From Lytechinus pictus (Eukaryota): DNA of 64,000 bases. Location: positions 28,150,001-28,214,000 of the forward strand of contig NC_087245.1 in the NCBI RefSeq assembly GCF_037042905.1, read 5' to 3'. Under the pieces are notes generated by a model, which did no database searches, was not told where the DNA came from, and was given only the letters and a program-made list of their open reading frames with translations. The position numbers were made by a program, and so were the translations under genes. Positions 12,792 through 26,700 of the stretch are shown piece by piece. Positions within the stretch are counted from its first letter, which is position 1, and each line of letters opens with the position of its first letter.

Positions 12792-14376
12792 GTAAGCACT
12801 TTGCATTTTAGACCTCAATATTTTTTTCTATATTTTTTTAGCAAAAACATTCGTTATCCGTTGATAGGAGGAAGCTAGTTCAAAATATAAGATCAGAAAA
12901 TTTTACAGAATACAGAAATACAGAAATTGGAACTATTTCTTTAAAGGATGTTGGCTTCTGAATGGATAATCATTTCTGTTCTAATTATTCTGTTGTCATT
13001 GCGATACCTGCAGATATAGGCCTATATATGAGAGTTGTTAAATTTGTGCTTAGATCATGGGGGAGGGGTAATACACAAAGCGAAGAATTGAATTGAATTG
13101 AAATGTATAAAATTCATTTGTTACGCTTTTACAATATATATAGGCCACTCTGTCTGTCTCTCCCCCTCTCTAATAGAAATTTGGTCTGCGTGGCATCTAC
13201 AAGAAAACTGAGCATATAGCTCTCAAAAGTGAAAGGCAAGGTCACTGTCAGTACCCACGGGGATAAAAAGCAAGTTTCTGAAACAATCTTGAAAAAAGCA
13301 CGTCTGTTATGGGCTATATCTCGATATTTATGAATGTGTATATGTCAGTGTGTTATACATGTTTTGTAGATTTTGGTGGGCAGTGGGAATTGATTAACAA
13401 AATATGAAGAGCTCAGTTGCAAAAGGGATTTGATCAATTTTTCATCATTTTTTTTTCTCAATGTATAAACTAGTAGCTCTATAAGATGATACCAGAGAAA
13501 AGTTGAATTTCCAATTGAAAAGTGAACAAAAATGGCAAAGATTTTTTTTTCAAAAGGGGTTAGATCCATTTCAGTTTGGTTTCAAAAGGGGTTAGATCCA
13601 CAATTATTTTTTTAAAAGAATATTTTAAAAAATATGAAGACAGGTAGATTTCTTTTGTACCCAATTTTATGTTCACATGGTAGTATATCATGAAAAAATA
13701 GTTTCGCATAAAATTGCAATATGGGAGAATAACAAAATATGATTTTCTTGGAGTGGATCTAGCCCGTTTGCAACCAAACTCTTCTGAAGAGCTCATTTGT
13801 CAAGGGGTTAGATCCATTTTTCATTAATTTTATTGTTTTTTTTTTGTCTCAGTACCTATAGATTATTAGTCGCTCTGATGATACCAAAGGAAACTTGAAA
13901 TTCACATTAAAACGTGAATAAAAGTGGCAAAGAAAAATCACTTTTTAATTTAAAAGCGGATTGGATTTATTTCAGTTTGCTTGCAAAAGGGATTAGATCC
14001 AAAATGATATTAAAAATATATATATATATATTCAAAAAAATTAAAGACAGGTATATTTCTTTAATACCCAATTCCATGTTCACATTTTAGGCTAGTACCT
14101 AAGTACATCATGACAATTTAGTTTCTCATAAGAATATGGAGAATAATTCTCGGAACGTCTAAAGTGGATCCTCCTTTTGCAACCAAACTCTTAGTAATCC
14201 ATTCCAATTTGACGATATTTGGATTGTTTGTTTTTCCACTTTAAAGGAAGAAATTAATGATGAGTTTGAGAGGAGTAGGCCTACCAGTATAGGATCAAAA
14301 TCAAGTTTCTATACCGGTACATATTTTTCGGGAAAAATCTAAATCTATTTAGACCCCAGTTTTCTTTGAAAAGAAA

Positions 14377-14411
<35 letters not shown>

Positions 14412-17400
14412 GGGGGGGGGGATGTTTGTTTGTTTGTTGTTGTTGTTTATTATAGACTTTATAGGCCTACTTGTTATGTTAAGTGTGAATATAAGCCAGT
14501 AAGGCCTACTTACAGCGTTTGCACGAATTCATGTGACCTAATTTCCCCTAATTTGAAACTTCAGATTTTAATTTTCTCAATTCACATAAAGGTTGTGTAG
14601 CAGTTTTTACTTCCATCCAATGAGGTGGATAAAATAAGCTATTTCATCCACCTACATATCCTTTTTTTTTTCGTAAAATTTTTTCAATTTTTTGCAACAG
14701 TAATATACTCCATAATTTCAAAACCACGCCCAAATCTTTTGTAACAAGGCGTGTCCACCTGCATAAACACGCCCACTTCTCGCATCACATTGAGATCGAG
14801 ATGAGACGACGCGATACAGCCAGAGTCAGAGAGGTGACATCTTTCGGAATAACGCCTTTTCGTGGAATCTGGTATTGTTATTTGGCATTTTCCGTCAACC
14901 TCCTATTGCTAAAGCATTTGGAGTTGATCTCTGACCTCCTTTATTTATATTTCAGCTAAACATAAATTCAAAAGTTGAACTAATTTAGATCGATCGAGGC
15001 CTACTGCGGCAGCGCGTATACTTCTTGGCGACGCGACGTCCGTCCCGTCCGTCCTCCCCGGGACTTTCCCCTCCCCCCTTCATGCGCTAGCTAGAGACGT
15101 CAAATAATTGCACATTTGCTGACATTGCAATCCGCTGTGGTGCTCAGTGCAGTCAAAGAATGGTTTATGAATTATAGGAAGGAGAAAAGATTAACTGTCT
15201 TTTCTTTTACAATTTGTTTAGGCCTTAGGGCCAAGCCTATCCCCAGCCAGTGCCCAGGCAAGGCCGGTGTTTTAGCTATATAGTTATATTATCAGGGGCA
15301 TCCAATATATGTCCAAACTGTTTAATTTGAAAAAAGGATGGTCAGTTTTTGTGCATGTGTTGTTACTGTTGGTCATTGTTACAAAGAGAAATTATATTTC
15401 TTTAGAATTTTGAGGTATAATGTCACCTATTTATTTTTTGATAGGAGTTCAAACTCTTTTAATATACTTAATCATAATGCTCTATTAATTCTATGTTGTA
15501 TCAGTAATCTCTTACGGTAATTCTTACCAATACTTTTTTTATTCTATAAATATGTCTTACTCTGCATGTAAAGCGCATAGAGAATCTATTATGCGCTAAA
15601 CAAATTAATCTGTATCATTACTTTTATTATTATGTTCTGTCAATTGCCTATCTTTTTGGGATCGAGAGGACACAGTTATACTGTACGTAAGAAGGATTTG
15701 ACAACACTGAATTGTGTACTACTGTCTAAAAGTGGATCTGGGCTACTACTATTCTTGTCTAACATTTGTAACAAACTCAGAACTAGTAATATTATTCAAG
15801 TAATATCTTACTGTGCATTTAAAATACCACCAAGTGACCATGGAGGACATTTTATAGAGAGAACTGGCACCCTATTATTGCTTAGTCACAAAACTTTAAC
15901 TTGACAGTAGTGTAATTAAGGTTTAAAAAATGCATTTTTCAATAATCAATTTTGAATGGTAAAACATAACCTAATTATGGCTAATAAGAGAGATGCATGA
16001 GCTCAAAATTGGAAGGAAAAAAAGGGCCAAATAAGACAGCAAATTTTGGCTCTAAAATGCAATATAAGGTTAATTTTTAGAAGTAAACATGTAGCCTATT
16101 TCAATGATTTTTTTTCCTTGTGTAGGTTGCTCAGTGCCCCCCCCCCCCTCCAATCTGTACACCATGCAGAGCCTGCCCCCCTTTGTCTCCCTCCTTCCCA
16201 ATTTTCTTTTTTCTCTTTCTACAACTTGTCAGTTCCTCCTCCCCTCTTTGTGTTCAATTCATTGTTTCTCTACCCCTTGTACTAATAATTTCAGGGATAG
16301 GAGTGTATATGGTTCTATTTGTCAAATTTCTTTTAATTTTGTTGTTTGACAGACACGATACCTCCAACTCTGACCTGCCCCAACACAACTGTCGTTGGCA
16401 ATGGAGACGTGGTTCGTTGGCAGACTCCGACAGCAACTGATAACAGCGGAGGAGTTTATCTTTCGTCTACTCATGCAGTTGGAGACTACTTCCCGTTGGG
16501 CAACACAACAGTCACATACACAGCGAGGGATGCAAGTGGACTTCAATCAAACTGTTCCTTTACTGTCGAAGTAATAGGTTAGTTTCCAAATTACTTGTCT
16601 TTGACTTTAAAAGACGTCTTTTTTTCAAATAGAAACTGCTCCTAAAAAGACAAATTTGCCATTTCACAAGGGGTGGGGGGATTTAGTCTGCGTGAAGTGT
16701 TTAAATCCATCTATTAATAATTCAATTTTCTTTTTTCTCTATTCAAATCTCTCATTTTATTCTTCAATTTTCAGCTGATGGGTCACCTGAGATATCCGAC
16801 TGTCCTGAAAGCACTATAGAGGTCACTGTAGCAGCCGGAGTGACTTCTTCCAATGTGACCTGGACTGGGCCAACAGCCGTCGATCCTGACGGAGGGACCG
16901 TCACAGCCTCTTCAGACTATGTTCCAGGTGCTACCTTCCAGCTGGGCACAACAAAGGTCACATACACCTTTGTAGATGATGCGGGACAGAGGTCTAAATG
17001 TGTTTTCAGAGTGAGAGTCCAAGGTAAGAACAAGATCACCATGTGTCACGGCCCTGTATTGGGGTCCGGAAAGAAAAGAGAGAGGCAGACGGATACTCAG
17101 TACAACTTAACCCTGACACTTTGAGTAAATTTAATAATAGCATTTAATTAGTAAGTTCTCGTTCCAACATCAGTTTACAACAGAGTGGATTATTAATTCC
17201 CATCTTCCTTAGAACACTGAGATTTGAGAAAATCAATAGTTTTTATTAATTACGAAAAGCAAGGAAAACCTAATCGAACACTCGAGTATTCAAAATACAT
17301 ATATATGTGTGAGTTTGTAAATTAAGAGGCTTTTTTTTTTTTATAGGAGGAAATTATAATTTGTTAACAAATTTTTCGGCATTACTCCTATTTGTTTCAG

Positions 17401-17671
17401 ATCAGTATGCTCGATCTGTAAATGAAAATCATAAGATCAGTATGCTCGATCTGTAATGAAAATCATAAGATCATAAGTCAGAAAAAATTGGAACCAGTGG
17501 GATTCGAACCTGCCATCTACTGCTTTCCGGGCAGCGACTCAACCACCAGGCTATTCTGGTTCACGGCTAAGCCACGATGAACTGGAATTCAAATACCCTC
17601 GATCCTCTTCTTTCTGACTCATTAATATTCAAATACCGTCCGCCGTGGACAATAGATAGTAAATTAAGAGG

Positions 17672-17717
<46 letters not shown>

Positions 17718-20700
17718 GGAGGAAATTATAATTTGTTAACAAATTTTTCGGCATTACTCCTATTTGTTTCAGATCAGTATGCTCGATCTGTAAATGAAAA
17801 TCATAAGATCAGTATGCTCGATCTGTAATGAAAATCATAAGATCATAAGTCAGAAAAAATTGGAACCAGTGGGATTCGAACCTGCCATCTACTGCTTTCC
17901 GGGCAGCGACTCAACCACCAGGCTATTCTGGTTCACGGCTAAGCCACGATGAACTGGAATTCAAATACCCTCGATCCTCTTCTTTCTGACTCATTAATAT
18001 TCAAATACCGTCCGCCGTGGACAATAGATAGTAAATTAAGAGGCTTTTTTTTTTTTTTTTTTTTATAGGAGGAAATTATAATTTGTTAACAAATTTTTCG
18101 GCATTACTCCTATTTGTTTCAGATCAGTATGCTCGATCTGTAAATGAAAATCATAAGATCAGTATGCTCGATCTGTAATGAAAATCATAAGATCATAAGT
18201 CAGAAAAAATTGGAACCAGTGGGATTCGAACCTGCCATCTACTGCTTTCCGGGCAGCGACTCAACCACCAGGCTATTCTGGTTCACGGCTAAGCCACGAT
18301 GAACTGGAATTCAAATACCCTCGATCCTCTTCTTTCTGACTCATTAATATTCAAATACCGTCCGCCGTGGACAATAGATAGTAAATTAAGAGGCTTTTGT
18401 CCACGGCGGACGGTATTTGAATATTAATGAGTCAGAAAGAAGAGGATCGAGGGTATTTGAATTCCAGTTCATCGTGGCTTAGCCGTGAACCAGAATAGCC
18501 TGGTGGTTGAGTCGCTGCCCGGAAAGCAGTAGATGGCAGGTTCGAATCCCACTGGTTCCAATTTTTTCTGACTTATGATCTTATGATTTTCATTACAGAT
18601 CGAGCATACTGATCTTATGATTTTCATTTACAGATCGAGCATACTGATCTGAAACAAATAGGAGTAATGCCGAAAAATTTGTTAACAAATGTGTGAGTTT
18701 GAATAATATTTCAATTAAAGAGGAAAAACATTCACGGACTAAATTTAACAGCCACACCCAATCACACACACGCATTCACACAAAACCTGATTATCAGTTC
18801 ACGGTAAGGTGGGGCTCCTGGTTTTGAAACACGGTTCCAACTCTTGCCGGTGATGGTGCTGTTGATATTTCTGCGACAAATCGATGAACTGTGTTGCGAC
18901 GTCCCAAAATGACGACCTTGAGCTGTCCTTGATGATCCCTCAAAAGTAATGGCTGCATAAACGTACCCGATAGGGTAGCCGACTCCAGTCCCGACGATAG
19001 AACTCTATATTAAAACAATAATCCAAAATGTCTTTCGAGAACAAGATCTTTGAGATGTATAGCTATATTTACCCAAACAAACATTGGCATTTATCCACAT
19101 GCATATACATGCCCGTTTAGATTACATTTACTACACCTTTACATTTCCTCATTTTACTTAACGCATAAAAAAGATCGAGGTAAACAAATCTTTATACATA
19201 AATCATGTCAAAAAATTAAATTATCCTTTCATATGCTCTTTAAAACATTCATAAGAACCATCAATTAACAATTAATGACGAACATCTACAAAAGATGCTT
19301 CTAAAACATTGGCTAATCATTTCTTCCGTATTTTTCATTTAGTAATTTAGTATAACAAATACTCAATAACTATTAATTTTAAATCAGTATTATGTTTAAC
19401 ATTCAAATGCTTTCAAAAATCGTATTTTGCCTAACAAAGAGATAAATAAATACAATTATTGCTTACCACCACAGTGAGTTTTTAAATACACCAAAAAGGA
19501 CGACTTATCTACTCGTCTCATAAATTGATTCAATACTTGGTAAATATTGAAGACTTCAATAATAAGTGAGATTCATTTGGTGACTAAATAACTTGAAGAT
19601 ACAACTCAGGAAACATAAAATGGGGACTGGCAGGAACTCGGACGACTACATGTCTTCACTCAACGAAAGGGAAAAACGTAATGCCTGCTACTAGCTTGTA
19701 CACCAACTAATACACCTTACCCGACTTATCAACTTGGGCGTGGCACATACGTATACATCGTATATACATTCGTACAAAAATTACTAATTTGCATAATTAC
19801 CATAGCAACGAGCGCTAAGAAAGAAAATTGGCGGCAATTTGCCACGAAGCTATTTTGCTATACATTTAAATTGGCCTGATCATTGACCAGCATTTTGTTT
19901 AAATGTAAATGTTAAGGAATCTTTTCCTCAGTTAAATTTTGGGAGGATAAAAGTAAGAAAAATATTTTCTTTAAATGACAATTTAGAAACTCAACTTGTG
20001 ACACCATGTAATGGGCCATTCTTGGTCAGATGTGTGACCAAAATTATGACAAATCTTGACTTTAATTAGCTATAAATCTAAACATTTTAGAGATTTAATA
20101 ATTAAAAGGTTATATAGCATTGAAATGTTTAGTCAGCTATCATTTGGAAAATATTTTTTGCTGTCTCCAATATGCAGGTTCAAGGTCAGAGGTCAAAAGT
20201 AGTGGGTCACGTGTGTGACTTCACACAGAAGCATGATTTTGAAAATTTGATTTAATTTTGAAATTCCTGTGAATTTCAAAATGAAATTAAACTTTCAAAT
20301 CCATCATAATTAGTTTTAAATCTCTAAGATTTGTAGATTTGTAACTAATTAAAGTTACAATTTGTCATAATTTCTATCACTCAAGGGACCAAGAATGGCC
20401 CAATATGAGACAGTTGGTGTCCTTGATGCTGTTAACATGGGTTTGCATTTTGCTTTTGTTTAGAAATGAGTTTTATATTAGTCAATCATGTCTAAGCAGC
20501 CACCTGTCTATATAGTCAAATCTGACTGTAGTGGCCACCAAACCTTTCTCCCATTTAAAAGGAAAGTGTTAAAGAGCCTGTCTATAATGGCCACCTTTCT
20601 ATGGTGACCACTTGTTCTGTTTTGGATGGCCATAAAAGACAGGTTTGAGTGTATGTAGGTGTATCTGTATTACAATTCGGAAGCCAACTTTTACATTTTG

Positions 20701-23700
20701 CCTTCATTTTTCCCCCTTATTTTGTCCTCCCAATCATTAGAATCCAGTGACGCTGTTCCACCCACTATTGTGACCTCCTGCCCCGATGACATCACAATAG
20801 ACGTTGCTCCAGTACCAAGTGTCAGTGTGACTTGGGTCGAACCGACCTTCAGTGACCTTGTAGATGGGAACGCTGTCACAGTCATGCAGACAAAAGAATC
20901 CGGGTCGCTGTTTCCTGGAGGATCAACGGAAGTCCTCTATACTGCCATGGACTCTAATTACAACATGGTTCAGTGTATCTTTACTGTTACCATCAATGGT
21001 AAGTTGAAGTCGGTAGGAGCCAATACACTAGCCAGGTGTACATGTAAATTGGAACTTGGTGCCAGTAACACAAAGATGAGCCATTGATAGTACAGATGAT
21101 CTGTATGCGTGTTTGCACGTAATAATTGATGTTAACAAGTGTAAAATTCATCCCTAGGATCAAGTTCTAGATTTTTTAATATGGGGCTGTGGCATGCATG
21201 ATGTGGCTTACTTGGGTGCTTCACTATGAATGCCAAAGGGCTGAAAAATAAAAAAGTAATTGATATATGAGCACTATGCAAGTGACTATTATTTCATTAC
21301 TACTCAGAGAAAGATGTAATTCTGTATTTTCTTTGATAATACCTGATAATATATACTTTATCTAATTGGGCTTTAACATGGTCATGCAAATTTATTTTAG
21401 CCAAGGGTAACAAATGGTTTTGCATGACCAATTTTGTGGAAGCATGTTTATCTTCTGCCTTTCTTGACAAAATAGAGTTTTACTGGTATTGGAGAAAAGC
21501 ATCATGTTTTTCATGATAATTATATTTACAGTGTTCACATGCCACCATATAGCTTTAAAAAAAATTAAAAAATACAGAGAGAATTTAGTCTTCAAATATC
21601 TGCTGCATAGTTTTGAGGTGTCCAATTATGCAATTTCCTTCGGAATCAACATTCGTCACTAATATTACTTTGTGTTTCCTACTGGTATTTCGCTTGATGA
21701 TAAAATTATCTATATTGTCCCTGTAGTAATTCAGTCCTACTGTTTAACTTTGATTTGCAGTTACTGATGATGACATCCCACCAACCATCTACAATTGCCC
21801 CAACGATACCCTCCTGTGGGTTGCCATGGGAACCACTGAGGTCAACATCACTTGGACGTCGCCCACAGCAACCGACAATTATGGCACTCCGACGCTGCGC
21901 ATGACCTCTGACCCAGGGTCGGCCTTTGGTGTTGGGGTCACCGTAGTGAACTACACAGCTACCGATCATGTGAACAATGTGGCCTACTGTTCATTCACTG
22001 TGACAATTCTTGGTAAATTCAATTGATTTTTGCACGATTTCTATTCTGTTATACTCTTGAATGATCCTCTGAAATCCAAATACTAGTTGAATCCTGTTGC
22101 CATGCAGGTAGCAGATATTGAAAATTGATTCACAGTAAAAAGGTTGCAAGACCAAGAATCAACTATCATTTGGAGTACGGGGATCCTTGTATTTTTATGA
22201 ACAAACAATATAGAAAATGTGCTGATTGAAATGAATATTAATCAACTTTTTTAATTCTGATGAAATGGTTGCAGTGTGAACATTCTTTCTGATTAGAAAT
22301 TTGAAGGAAATACAATCTAGTTGTCATTACTTGTAAAAAGTGCTGATGGTCATAATATTTTCTTTGTTAATCGAAAGAAAACTTAGCAATTGTGAAATAT
22401 TGACATTATTATTCTTTGATAAACTCATACAAATTAGGGAAACTGGTATACATATAGATTAAAACATTTTTTACTTGTTTAATACAGTTGATGATGAAAT
22501 ACCTGTCATTACTGGATGCCCTGGCAACATAGTGGAGTATGTCCAGCCGGGTGTCACATCTCTAGCTGTGACATGGACCATGCCTAGCGTCACTGACAAC
22601 TCTGGGGAGTTCAACTCGTCTACCAACTTCGCCTCAGGGTCCATGTTCCAAGCAAGTGTAGCAGGAGAGAACAATGTTGTCATGATGATCTACGAGGATA
22701 GGTTCGGGAATACAGCAGTGTGCTCGTTTACAGTGAATGTCTTATGTGAGTCATGATTTTTCAGTACAACCCTGCGCAATTAGATTATTGGGTTGAGAAA
22801 TATACAGATTTCTTTTCTGTGCTTCAGAAATAATTATGGAGAGACAAAGTCAAGTCCGCTTTAGTAAATTACCTTGTCAAAAGTCTTTGCTACGTCTCAC
22901 AGCAGGAATCTGCTATATAAACACTATGCGTCTTTTCACAGTGGCTTTCCTGTATTCCTCACCGTAAAATAATGCTAATAATTCGAAAGGTGAGGATGTA
23001 CATGTATTTATGTTAAATATGTTTGTCAAAATATTTTGTATACCCGCATAGATCCGATTGCGTTGCTGGTACAGTGGCAGATACGAATTTTGACCAGCGC
23101 GAGTGTCAATGGGTATACGGAATTCTCTTTTTTTTATGTACACAAAGTCTATGGGGAAACGGAATTTCCGTTTTCTGACGTGCTGAAATGGAATTTGAGA
23201 TTTTCTGAAACGGAAAAGGCAATTTTTTTAAACGGAAAATCACTGTCCCTATCATTGCTATGTCTATAATGAAGTGTGTCAATTGGTCATGAATACGCAG
23301 GATTCTAGCATGAAAGACGCTGTGTATTGGAGGCTACCAGTTCAACAAATGAGATTACATGTAGGTCTGTAAATCAGAACATAGAACAGGCATGCCAAGT
23401 TATGTTGAAGTTTACCAAATTCATCATAGAATAATGAAATCAAAATATCTTGACTTTATCCTTTCCTTTTCTACAGTTGATATGCCACCTGTCTTTGATT
23501 GTCCTTCACCGATCATCCAAGACAATGAGCTTGGTGAGGCCTATGCTGATGTCTCATGGCCTCAGCTTACTATCACAGATGATTATACTTCTCTCGCAAG
23601 TCTTGTGGTATGTACATTTCTCTTCGTCTCATTTGCAGGTTTGATAGATTTATAGAGGAGTGCAATCCAAAAATATAAAAATAATAACCTAATGATGATG

Positions 23701-26700
23701 ATGATGATTACAGTGATGATGATGATGACAATGATGATAATGATAACAGTGATGATGATGATGATGATGATGTTGATGAGAGCTTTATAGATATATATTA
23801 TTACCCCAGTCATCAGATCCTGGCTTGAATACACACAATATATGCACTTATTTCACTCCCTGGGGACCATTCCAACACAAATTCTTAAACTCAATCGCTT
23901 GGCATGCTACATACATGTACATGTAGGCAGAAAAAAATTGTGGTACACTACAGAGTAAAACACATGGATTTGTGAATTTGTACACAATGTTAGAGAAAAA
24001 TCAATACTTTCATAACTGGTCTTAACATATGGGGAACATTTCGTGAAATTCTGTGTTGATATTTGAACTGTTAACCTGTCATTAGCTGCCGGAATCTTGG
24101 TATGTCTTTTGCTGAGAGCAAGTTTGTCAATATAAATCATTGAATATATACTCAATTAAATGCACGCCTTTTGTTGTGATTGTGACATTCCGCCAACCAT
24201 ATCGCACTTGCCCATATGCCCTAACCTTAATGAGTAATGTATTCTATTTTATGAAAAATGAAAGACATTGATTTGTTCAAAATTCTTTCATCATCAGATC
24301 ACAATGTCTCATTCTGAACCTCTGCGAGTATTCTATGATAGCCCAGTCACTGTGACCTACTCTGCAACTGATGAGAGAGGCAACGTAGCCACCTGCACAT
24401 TCACTGTAACTGTCAATGGTGAGTTGATATTCCAAGACCTTGTTTCATAAAATGATAAATCAATTACAATGCTGAAATGTGTGGTTCTGCTTGGCTTTAT
24501 AGAAGCGCTGTTGCATTGAGAACTGTCATTGACTGGGAAGTTGTTAATGAAAAAAAAACCTTTATGAAATAGGACCTTATAAGTCCGTACTCTTTTCCTC
24601 CTTTTTAGGTCTAGATAGTATGCAAAATATATAAATTGTGCTAATTTACATCATTGCATCTGAATTCAATTTCATTTAAGTGTTGGTCAATGGATTGTGA
24701 AACCACCACTATGTCTCCTGATTTAGAACACCTCAAAGTTTGTGTTAATCTTTTTTGTTGTTGAAAAGCTGAATAGTGGTTTGATGATATTCGTAACCAA
24801 ATATTCTTCAAAATAGGATCTACATTTAGCTTCTATTGAATGGGGGCTCATTGGAAGTGAAGGAGGCCGGAAGGTATAGGATTTTCTCTCACGTCAATCA
24901 CCTTCTTAATCACTAATTTTCCTGTTTCATTTCTCAGATGTTGAGAATCCAGTCTGGCAGACATGTCCTGCTTTCATTACACGACGGCTTGACCCTGGAA
25001 CCAATTCGGCCATCGTCAGCTGGTCCGAACCGACCGTCTTTGATAACTCTGGAGTTGACCCCACTGTGACCTCAACAGCATCCAATCCTGAGTTATTTTT
25101 TGCTGGCTCCTACACGGTGGAATACATCGCCCTGGATGAAGCAGGCAACGAGGCCAAATGTGAATTCATGGTTGTCATAGAGAGTAAGTAATAATAAAAT
25201 GTTAGTAATGGCCATGTATAAAGGGCTCATATCCCTCGAGTTGTAGTGAGTTGGGCAACTTGACAATTAGAGCCAAGCTAGTTGTGTTGTCGTTTTTTGT
25301 TTGTTCATTTATGGTCTCCTATATCATTACATGAAACCTGATTTGACCCTGCATATTCATACTCTTGTTTAAATGGATGTGTATAGTTTTTCAAGCATGC
25401 ATGTTACCTGCTTTGGTAAAACATTGTTTGGTCTTGTTTAAAGATTGTAATGGAAATATTCTGTGAGACCTTTATGATATCTGTGATTAACCATTGCAAG
25501 ATTTTTTTCTTCTCCAAATATAGCTCATAATAATGCCATAATTCATAGCATTACCAATCTTTTGACCCAAATTCATCATTTTAGATCGCTTCTAATGTCA
25601 TTCAGTGACCTAGATCATTAAATGAAAATAAACTATCATTTATAAATAATGTTTTACATGAGTGAGATACAAAATGTAGGGTCATAACAAATGTTGAGAA
25701 ATGTGCCATGCAATATGGCATTTCCTACAAAATTGGCAATACAAACAACAGTGTTTACAAAGACCCTTCCATGAAAATGGGGCTCGATTGGTATGACTTG
25801 TACAAGTAAAGAATTAAGTCATCCATTCTTTCCAGCTGATGAAAATGTACCTGTCTTTGATAACTGCCCTGTGGGTACCCTCAACTTCGAGGCAGACTTG
25901 GGAACCTCCACCACCACCGTGAGCTGGCCGACGATCACAGCAACAGACAACCTGGACATCAGGGTGACGATAACGTCAAATTACAACCCAGGGCAAGAGT
26001 TCTCTATAGGATCGTACAGCGTGGAGTACCAGGCTAGGGACAATGCAGGGAATGTAGGTTACTGTGGATTCACCGTAGTTGTTGCAGGTATGAAGGGTGT
26101 GTTTCATCAGGTCATGTGTTAGTGATCTTCATCAATATTTGTTATAAGCTACTGAAATCCTTGCATGCGATTGGTTGAGATGTAATTTATAAGAAGAAGT
26201 CACTGACAAGACACTTCATGAAACACTTTTCTTGAAGTAAACTGTCATCTCTGGTTCTTATAAAAAATATTTAAAAAACATTCTATAGGCTATAGACCTT
26301 TAAAGATCAAAAAAATGTTTTGGGGTTGTTCCTCCATTCCATCTCATTTCGTTCCCATGATAACTAAAGAAACATTTTACAGATTAACTTTAAACCTGGT
26401 TTTATTTTGTATATACAAGTAGGAGTGGCAGTGACTTTTTTAGGGGGTCTAAAGTCACAGAGGTCATTATATACCTGAAAATATGTTATTCCCGTGATAA
26501 TTAAAGAAATATTTTAGGCTTCAACTTCATTGGAGCGACCATGATCTGGTTAGATTTTAGGGCCTTAAGTTGAAAGGTCAGAAATTTTAGTATTTGAACA
26601 TGTTAGAGGGTAGGTGTGTATTATATTCTTAGTCTGGCAATAGCAGATACATATAAAATGTTGACTGTATGCAGTTTACTGTTTTCTGATGATCGTCCTG

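Larger units (their letters stand above)
17044..20003. mobile_element. Solo LTR-like element (~1.58 kb without the nested insert)
   Basis: TGTCAC...GTGACA termini; 5-bp TSD CCATG (17039-17043, 20004-20008); no long ORF. Confidence 0.75.

Noticed and set aside
18399..18450. Hammerhead ribozyme in the tRNA-unit (TTAATGAGTCAGAAAG resembles CUGAUGA...GAAA)
   Set aside because: The C3 and G5 core positions are not conserved and no proper UH cleavage site lines up, so it cannot be called a ribozyme from sequence.
18487..18559. Functional tRNA genes (4 copies)
   Set aside because: Imperfect T stem, no U33, and embedded in a TSD-flanked insertion; treated as a tRNA-derived cassette.
17318..18688. 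CRISPR array or prokaryotic system
   Set aside because: Units are ~350-bp identical copies with no unique spacers; eukaryotic intron context; no cas genes.
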